DNA of 64,000 nt, from positions 1,280,001 through 1,344,000 of the forward strand of contig OZ245015.1 in the NCBI GenBank assembly GCA_965223705.1. The letters are read 5' to 3'. Source of the DNA: Myxococcota bacterium. Lineage in GTDB: Bacteria; Myxococcota_A; UBA9160; UBA6930. The notes beneath the pieces are model-generated. The model was not told where the DNA came from. It did no database searches and saw only the letters and a list, made by a program, of their open reading frames with translations. This document shows, in pieces, positions 57,619 through 64,000 of the stretch (position 1 is the stretch's first letter; each line of letters begins with the position of its first letter). The translations under genes were made by a program, and so were the position numbers.

Positions 57619-58131
57619 CTAGCCGCGCTCCGCCTTCCAGGTGGTGAGTGTTTCGCGGAACATCTCGTTGCCCGGCTCGTAGGTCACGGCTGTCTGGAGA
57701 TTGCGAATCGCCGCCGTCAGGTTGCCCGCCCGATAGTCCGCTTGAGCCATCTGGAAGAAGCGCCGGCCGTTGGGGGTGCTGCCGGTGTCGGCTTCCTCCG
57801 CTCGCTCAGCCTGTCGCTCCGCTTCGACGAGCTGGAGGCGCACAGCTTCTCCGTTCTCTTCGAGGCGCTCGTCATAGACACGGCGGCGCCTCGGGTCTCG
57901 GAGAACGGAGTAGGCCTCCGCGACACGTTTGGCGATGCGTTCGATGTCCTGGCGAAGGGTCGAATCGAGGTTGCGACTCGCGTCCGGATGGAAGCGACGA
58001 CGCACCTGGTGATAGCCCTTGCGCACTTCAGCGACCGAGGCGTTGCGCGCAACTTCGAGCAGCTCGTAGTAATTGAGTTCGTCAACCATGCGAGCCAAGG
58101 CGTGGACTTCTGCGGCGGCCGCTTCGCTCAT
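57619..58131 (-). CDS. J-domain protein with C-terminal TPR-like helices
   Basis: NYYELLEV, FHPD, EAYSVLRD. Confidence 0.88.
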   Translation of the reverse strand: MSEAAAAEVHALARMVDELNYYELLEVARNASVAEVRKGYHQVRRRFHPDASRNLDSTLRQDIERIAKRVAEAYSVLRDPRRRRVYDERLEENGEAVRLQLVEAERQAERAEEADTGSTPNGRRFFQMAQADYRAGNLTAAIRNLQTAVTYEPGNEMFRETLTTWKAERG

Positions 58132-60245
58132 GAGTCCTTGTCCGCTTCTCCCGACAGGTCAACAGCGTTGCGATCAAAGAGGTCCGATACGTCCGCGTCG
58201 TCGTTTCCGGACATGGTTTGGGCGTTGGGATCCTCTTCGACGCCTTGTTGCTGCACGTCGAGTTCAATTTCGATTCCCTGAGGCTGCACGTCGCGCACGT
58301 CGCGTTCGACTTCGATTCCCTGAGGCTGCACGTCGAGCGCGATCTCACTCGCGGTGGTTCCGTTCTCGTCGACCGGGACGTCGCGCATCGCCGCATCGAC
58401 ATCGATCAGGTCTTCGTCCGGGAGGTCGTACTCGAGATCGTCGGCAGCGCCGAGCTCCTGGGCCGTCGGCGGATCGTCGTCGATCTCGGCCCCGCCGGTC
58501 GGCGGCTCGTCGTCGTAATCGGATTCGCCGGTGGGCGGCTCGTCGTCGATCTCGAGCTCGTCTTCACCATATTCGATCGACTCGATGCGACCGGGCGACG
58601 CGGGATCGTCGAGCATCGGAAGAGCTGACAACGCGAGATCGTACTCGCTCGGTTTCAGCAACTCCTCGTCGACTTCGAGATCGTCCGTTCGCCCGCGCTC
58701 GATGATCGTTTGGATCTCCTCCTCGCTGAGTCCGGAGGAAAGTGTGATCTGCGTCGATGCTTGCTGGCCGCTCTCCGGCTCGCGAGCCGTCACGTTGACG
58801 ATTCCGTCGCCATTGATTTCGAAGGTGACCTCGATGTTCGTCTCGCCGCGGCGCCGACGCTCGAACCCACTGAACTCGAATTGACCGAGCAACTCGTTTT
58901 CCTCGGCGCGTCGCGACTCGCCTTGGTAGACCGAGATCTTCACCGCCTCCTGGAAGTCCTGCACGGTCGTAAAGCTCCGACTCTGCTCGATTGGTACCGG
59001 CGTGTTGCGTTCGATGACGGTTTCGGCGAGTCCGCCGGCGACGCCGATGCGCAGGGATAGCGGGGTGACGTCGAGCAGGTAGGCGTCTTGGGGTTGCGAA
59101 GACGCCAGCGATTGCGCGTGGATCGCGGCGCCCATGGCCACCACCTGGTCCGGATCGACACCCGCCTTCGGTTTTTGCTGAAAGTACTCACCAACCGCCT
59201 TTTGGATCACCGGAAGCCTCGTCGGGCCCCCGACGAGAATGACGCCGTCGAGATCGCGAGCGATCAGGCCCGCGCGCTGGAGCGCTTCGTCGCAGACCTT
59301 GAAGGTGCGCTGGATCAGGTCCATGACGAGTGACGTGAACTCCGATTGGCTCAGCGTGCGCTGGATGGACAGCGCGTCGCCGTTCGGCCCCTGTACGATT
59401 TCGGGGATATTGATCTCCACCGTGTCGTCGACGGACAAGCCGCGCTTCGCGTTCTCGGCCGCGAGCTTCAGCTTCTCGAGGGCGAACGCGTCATCGCGCA
59501 GGTCGATATTCTCTTTCGCGAGGAACTCGTCGGCCAGGAGCGCCAGAATGCGATCGTCGAAGTCGTCGCCGCCGAGATACGTGTCGCCAAAGGTCGCGAG
59601 CACCTCGAACACGTCGGTGCCGATCTCGAGGATCGAAATATCGAAGGTTCCGCCGCCCAAGTCGTAGACGGCGACGCGCTGGTTCAGCCCGCGACCAAAC
59701 CCGAAAGCGAGGGCTGCCGCGGTCGGCTCGTTCAGGAGGCGAAGCACTTCGAGGCCGGCAATGCGTCCCGCATCCTTCGTCGCTTGGCGCTGGTTGTCGT
59801 TGAAGTATGCCGGGACGGTGATCACGGCTTTCTCGACGGGTCGCCCGAGCCGCGCTTCGGCAACGGTCTTCATCTCGCGCAGGACCATCGCCGAGATTTC
59901 GGGGATCGAGAAGACCTCGTCGCGGATGCCGATCCGAACGCCGTAGTTCTCGGCCTCGATGATCTTGTAGGCGCACCGTTCTTGCGCCTTCTTTACTTCG
60001 GCGGAAAACGAGTAGCGTCCGATCAAACGCTTCGCCGAGGCTACGGTGTTGTGCGGGTCGTGGATCAAGTTGGCCTTGGCCGCATTGCCCACGACGAAGG
60101 AACCGTTGTCGCGGAACGCGACGACGCTCGCGGTGATGGCCTCTCCATAGGAGTTGCGGAGCACCTCGACTTTGCGTCCGTCCGAGATCGCGACGCACGA
60201 GTTGCTCGTGCCGAGGTCGATGCCGATTGCCACTTCGTCGCTCAT
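58128..60245 (-). CDS. Hsp70/DnaK-family paralogue with acidic repetitive C-tail
   Basis: GIDLGTSNS, TVPAYFND, NEPTAAAL, DLGGGTFD, LVGGPTR, LLDVTPLSL. Confidence 0.92.
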   Translation of the reverse strand: MSDEVAIGIDLGTSNSCVAISDGRKVEVLRNSYGEAITASVVAFRDNGSFVVGNAAKANLIHDPHNTVASAKRLIGRYSFSAEVKKAQERCAYKIIEAENYGVRIGIRDEVFSIPEISAMVLREMKTVAEARLGRPVEKAVITVPAYFNDNQRQATKDAGRIAGLEVLRLLNEPTAAALAFGFGRGLNQRVAVYDLGGGTFDISILEIGTDVFEVLATFGDTYLGGDDFDDRILALLADEFLAKENIDLRDDAFALEKLKLAAENAKRGLSVDDTVEINIPEIVQGPNGDALSIQRTLSQSEFTSLVMDLIQRTFKVCDEALQRAGLIARDLDGVILVGGPTRLPVIQKAVGEYFQQKPKAGVDPDQVVAMGAAIHAQSLASSQPQDAYLLDVTPLSLRIGVAGGLAETVIERNTPVPIEQSRSFTTVQDFQEAVKISVYQGESRRAEENELLGQFEFSGFERRRRGETNIEVTFEINGDGIVNVTAREPESGQQASTQITLSSGLSEEEIQTIIERGRTDDLEVDEELLKPSEYDLALSALPMLDDPASPGRIESIEYGEDELEIDDEPPTGESDYDDEPPTGGAEIDDDPPTAQELGAADDLEYDLPDEDLIDVDAAMRDVPVDENGTTASEIALDVQPQGIEVERDVRDVQPQGIEIELDVQQQGVEEDPNAQTMSGNDDADVSDLFDRNAVDLSGEADKDS

Positions 60246-60470
60246 TTCGCCTCCACGGCTGCGCTTGTCCGCCGTCGATGCGGCGGACCCCTAAGGCCCA
60301 GCTTCCTTGCGGGCTACCGGGACCAACCCCGGCGCTTATTCATCGGACGGTTGGGCGGGCCCCTGTAACGAAGAGAGGGTTGCGACCGAGACGACGGGTT
60401 GGGTCTTTTTCGGCCCGCCGCATGGATCGCCTCCGAGAACGGTGCTAGTTACGGGCCCGAGGGGGGAGCG

Positions 60471-61214
<744 letters not shown>

Positions 61215-61221
61215 GAGCGCG

Positions 61222-61770
61222 ATGCGCATTCTCGGAATCGATCCCGGATCGCGGGCGACGGGGTTCGGGGTGATCGAAGGCACGCCCGGGGCGCTGACTC
61301 ACCTGGGCCACGGGACCCTGAAGCCCGCGCGATCGGACGAAGTCGCGTCGCGCCTCGCGACCATTCACAACAACTTGTGCGACGTCATCGACGCCTATCG
61401 TCCCGACATGGCCGTGATCGAGCGCACCTTCGTCGCCGCGAGTCCGCGCTCGGCGCTGGTGCTCGGCGAGGCGCGCGGCGCCGCGATGGTCGCCGTCGGT
61501 GCGCGCGGGCTCTCGGTGGTCTCGTACGCGGCGCGGGAGATCAAGCAAGCGGTGACCGGCTTCGGCGGCGCGGCGAAGGGCGAAGTGCAAGAGATGGTGC
61601 GCCGGCTGCTCAGCCTCGACGCCGCTCCGGCCTCGGACGCGGCGGACGCACTTGCGGCCGCCATCTGTCACGCCCAGCGTCGCAGCGTCCCCGAGGCTCT
61701 CCGCGGAGCGCGAACGGCGCGCCGCCGGGGCCGTCGCGGAGCGCGCTTCGTCGTCCGAGGCACGTCGTGA
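61222..61770 (+). CDS. ruvC: Holliday junction resolvase
   Basis: ILGIDPGS, E..F, LGEARG, DAADALAAAICH. Confidence 0.95.
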   Translation: MRILGIDPGSRATGFGVIEGTPGALTHLGHGTLKPARSDEVASRLATIHNNLCDVIDAYRPDMAVIERTFVAASPRSALVLGEARGAAMVAVGARGLSVVSYAAREIKQAVTGFGGAAKGEVQEMVRRLLSLDAAPASDAADALAAAICHAQRRSVPEALRGARTARRRGRRGARFVVRGTS

Positions 61771-62378
61771 TCGCGCGCCTCGAGGGCACGCTCATCGAGA
61801 AGCGACCGACCGAGGTCGTCCTCGATGTGGCAGGCGTCGGCTATGCCGTCTTGGTGCCGTTGTCGACGTTTGCCGAACTCCCGGATGAGGGAAAGCAGGT
61901 CGCTCTGCGGATCCACACCCAAGTGCGGGACGACACCCTCTGCCTGTACGGCTTTGCGTCGGTCTGGGAATACGATGCTTTCCATTTGTTGCGGCAGGCG
62001 AACCGGGTCGGGCCCAAGCTCGCGCAGACGATTCTCTCGGGAATCGACGCGCGCGCGCTCCTCGCCGCACTGGCTTCCGGCGACAAGGCGGCACTCGCGA
62101 AAGTCCCGGGTATCGGCGCGAAAACGGCGAGTCGGCTGGCGCTCGAGCTCGGAGAGAAGGCCTCGGCCATCCTCGGTGCGGGCCATGAGCCAGGCGCGCC
62201 CGAGGCCGCGCCGGAACGTCTCACCGACGCGGAAGAACAGCTCCTCTCGGCGCTTTCGAACTTGCAGGTTCCGAAGAGTCAGGCGGAGAAAGTCGTGGCG
62301 GAAGTCACGCGCGAGTGCGGCGCCGACGCTTCGATTGAAACCCTCGTGCGCAGCGCCCTGCCGAGACTCGCACGATGA
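61767..62378 (+). CDS. ruvA: Holliday junction DNA-binding protein
   Basis: IARLEG, DVAGVGY, LYGF, VGPKLA, VPGIGAKTA. Confidence 0.95.
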   Translation: MIARLEGTLIEKRPTEVVLDVAGVGYAVLVPLSTFAELPDEGKQVALRIHTQVRDDTLCLYGFASVWEYDAFHLLRQANRVGPKLAQTILSGIDARALLAALASGDKAALAKVPGIGAKTASRLALELGEKASAILGAGHEPGAPEAAPERLTDAEEQLLSALSNLQVPKSQAEKVVAEVTRECGADASIETLVRSALPRLAR

Positions 62379-62443
62379 CCGTCCCCTGCCGGCCGAGACT
62401 CGCACGATGACCGTCCCCCGCCGGCCGAGACTCGCACGATGAC
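62360..62443. repeat. 32-bp tandem repeat (about 2.6 copies) at the ruvA/ruvB junction
   Basis: GCCGAGACTCGCACGATGAC at 62360, 62392 and 62424; each copy contains ATGA. Confidence 0.95.
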
Positions 62444-63473
62444 GGTCTCGACCCCCAGCGCGTTGGCCGCGGGCGTCGACGACGCGGAGGTCCAATTCGA
62501 GGAGCAGCTCCGCCCGCAGTACCTGACCGAGATGGTGGGGCAGGATCGGCTTCGCGAGAACTTGGCCGTGTTTGTGGCGGCGGCGCGAGAGCGCCGGGAA
62601 GCACTCGATCACTTGTTGTTCTACGGACCGCCCGGCCTTGGGAAGACGTCCCTCGCGCGGATCGTCGCGAACGAGCTCGGCACGCGCTTTCGCGCGACGA
62701 GTGGTCCCGTCCTGGAACGTTCCGCGGATCTCGCCGGTCTACTCGGCACGATCGAAGAGCACGACGTGCTGTTCATCGACGAGATCCATCGACTCCCGGC
62801 GGTAGTCGAGGAAGTGCTCTACCCGGCGATGGAGGACTTCCGTCTCGATGTCTTGATCGGCCAGGGGCCGGCCGCGCAATCGGTGCGCATCGACATCCCG
62901 CGCTTCACACTCGTCGGCGCCACCACGCGCGCGGGTCTCCTGACGGCACCGATGCGCGATCGCTTTGGGTGGTCGGCCAGGCTCGAGTACTACGCACCGC
63001 ACGAACTCGAGGGGATCCTCACGCGCTCGGCGCGGGTCTTGGGCGTGACGCTCGCCGATGAAGCCGCCGCCGAGATCGCGCGCCGTTCGCGCGGGACGCC
63101 TCGGATCGCGAATCGCCTGCTGCGGCGCCTCCGCGATTTCGCGCTGGTCGAGCAGGGCCCGGGCGCCCCGATCGAACCCGCCCTCGCGCGTTCGGCGCTC
63201 TCACGCCTCGACGTCGACGAAGCGGGCTTCAACACCCTCGATCGGGTGCTGCTCCGCACTCTGCTGGAGAAGTTCGACGGAGGCCCCACGGGGATCGAGA
63301 CCCTCGCCGCCGCAATCGGTGAAGATCGCGGGACGCTCGAGGATCTCGTCGAGCCGTTTCTGATCCAAACGGGTTTCCTCGAGCGCACGCCCCGTGGCCG
63401 AAGAGCCACACCCCGGGCCCGAGAGCACTTCGGCACGGGAGCGGACGCACCGGAGCAGGGCACGCTTCTATAG
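62439..63473 (+). CDS. ruvB: Holliday junction branch-migration ATPase
   Basis: [37 protein letters not shown]. Confidence 0.97.
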   Translation: MTVSTPSALAAGVDDAEVQFEEQLRPQYLTEMVGQDRLRENLAVFVAAARERREALDHLLFYGPPGLGKTSLARIVANELGTRFRATSGPVLERSADLAGLLGTIEEHDVLFIDEIHRLPAVVEEVLYPAMEDFRLDVLIGQGPAAQSVRIDIPRFTLVGATTRAGLLTAPMRDRFGWSARLEYYAPHELEGILTRSARVLGVTLADEAAAEIARRSRGTPRIANRLLRRLRDFALVEQGPGAPIEPALARSALSRLDVDEAGFNTLDRVLLRTLLEKFDGGPTGIETLAAAIGEDRGTLEDLVEPFLIQTGFLERTPRGRRATPRAREHFGTGADAPEQGTLL

Positions 63474-63533
63474 GCCAAAGCCGGCACGCTCTTTCTCAAC
63501 GAGAAGAGCGTAGTTGCCGATACGCCCTCCGGG

Positions 63534-64000
63534 ATGATTGTCCGGCTCTTCGCATTCATCGTGGCACTTCCTTGCTTGGCGATCGGGATCGTCGGCGGAG
63601 CGGCACGCTTTCTACCCGATCACCCGCTCGCCAAACAAGCGGGCGGGATTCTCGGACGGCTCGCGAAAGAAGCTTCGCTTTCCGCCGACGGCTCTCTCGC
63701 TGCGGTCCCCGAATTCGCGACATGGGGCGCTCTCGGCCTGGGCGTGATCGCGCTCGTCATCGCGTTCAGGCCTCGTGCGGCGGCCCCGGAGCAGGTCTCC
63801 GAGGACGCCGACACAGCGCCTGTCGACCGCAAGACGGCCAAGCGAATCGCGAAGCAGGCGGCCGCGATTGCGAAGAAAGGGCAGGTCGAAGAAGCCGCGA
63901 CGCTGTGCTTCCAATCGGGCTTTCACGACCTCGCTGCGGATTATTTCGAACAGGCCGAGAAGTTCGCCCGCGCGGCTGAAATCCGACACGATCAGAACCG
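63534..64000 (+). CDS. Membrane protein with TPR-like helical region (3'-truncated)
   Basis: ATG 63534, frame open to window end; two TMs then AADYFEQAEKFARAAEI. Confidence 0.6.
   Translation, partial: MIVRLFAFIVALPCLAIGIVGGAARFLPDHPLAKQAGGILGRLAKEASLSADGSLAAVPEFATWGALGLGVIALVIAFRPRAAAPEQVSEDADTAPVDRKTAKRIAKQAAAIAKKGQVEEAATLCFQSGFHDLAADYFEQAEKFARAAEIRHDQN

Noticed and set aside
62360..62443. Mini-CRISPR at the ruvA/ruvB junction
   Set aside because: The intervening segments are near-identical, so this is a tandem duplication
63561..63577. Sigma-54 promoter TGGCAC...TTGC
   Set aside because: GG-to-GC spacing is 9 rather than 10 nt and the site lies inside a CDS

Overview
High-GC bacterial chromosomal window, almost fully coding (about 67 CDS), with no rRNA, tRNA, CRISPR array, integrase or transposase that I can recognise. 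Gene content (Hsp70 paralogue with a J-domain partner, PEP-CTERM proteins, multiheme cytochrome) suggests a Myxococcota-like organism, which is an inference. In order, it holds: (1) the end of a lipid/secondary-metabolite cluster (MMPL exporter, acyl-CoA ligase, ACP, stand-alone condensation-domain protein, flavin halogenase-like enzyme, FAD oxidoreductases); (2) a hybrid kinase and NnrU; (3) an AhpD-like gene split by an in-frame UGA in a CxxU motif with a SECIS-like hairpin, i.e. a probable selenoprotein; (4) an OLD-family ATPase/TOPRIM protein whose catalytic motifs are degenerate; (5) an AT-richer ~5 kb island encoding a receiver-HTH protein, a degenerate MMPL/RND fused to a histidine kinase, and a sigma-54 activator lacking a receiver; (6) hydrolases, redox and glutathione genes, msrBA, and a CoxMSL-G-like molybdoenzyme; (7) PEP-CTERM zincins and an orphan rplX-rpmG pair; (8) aroE, purE, a uracil-DNA glycosylase with a probable CTG start, a redoxin-octaheme cytochrome fusion, Hsp70/J, and yebC-ruvCAB. 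Other notable structure: three short tandem duplications at gene ends, and many TAnnnT hexamers 6-7 nt before start codons, suggesting leaderless genes. All family calls come from motif recognition by eye, not from database searches.
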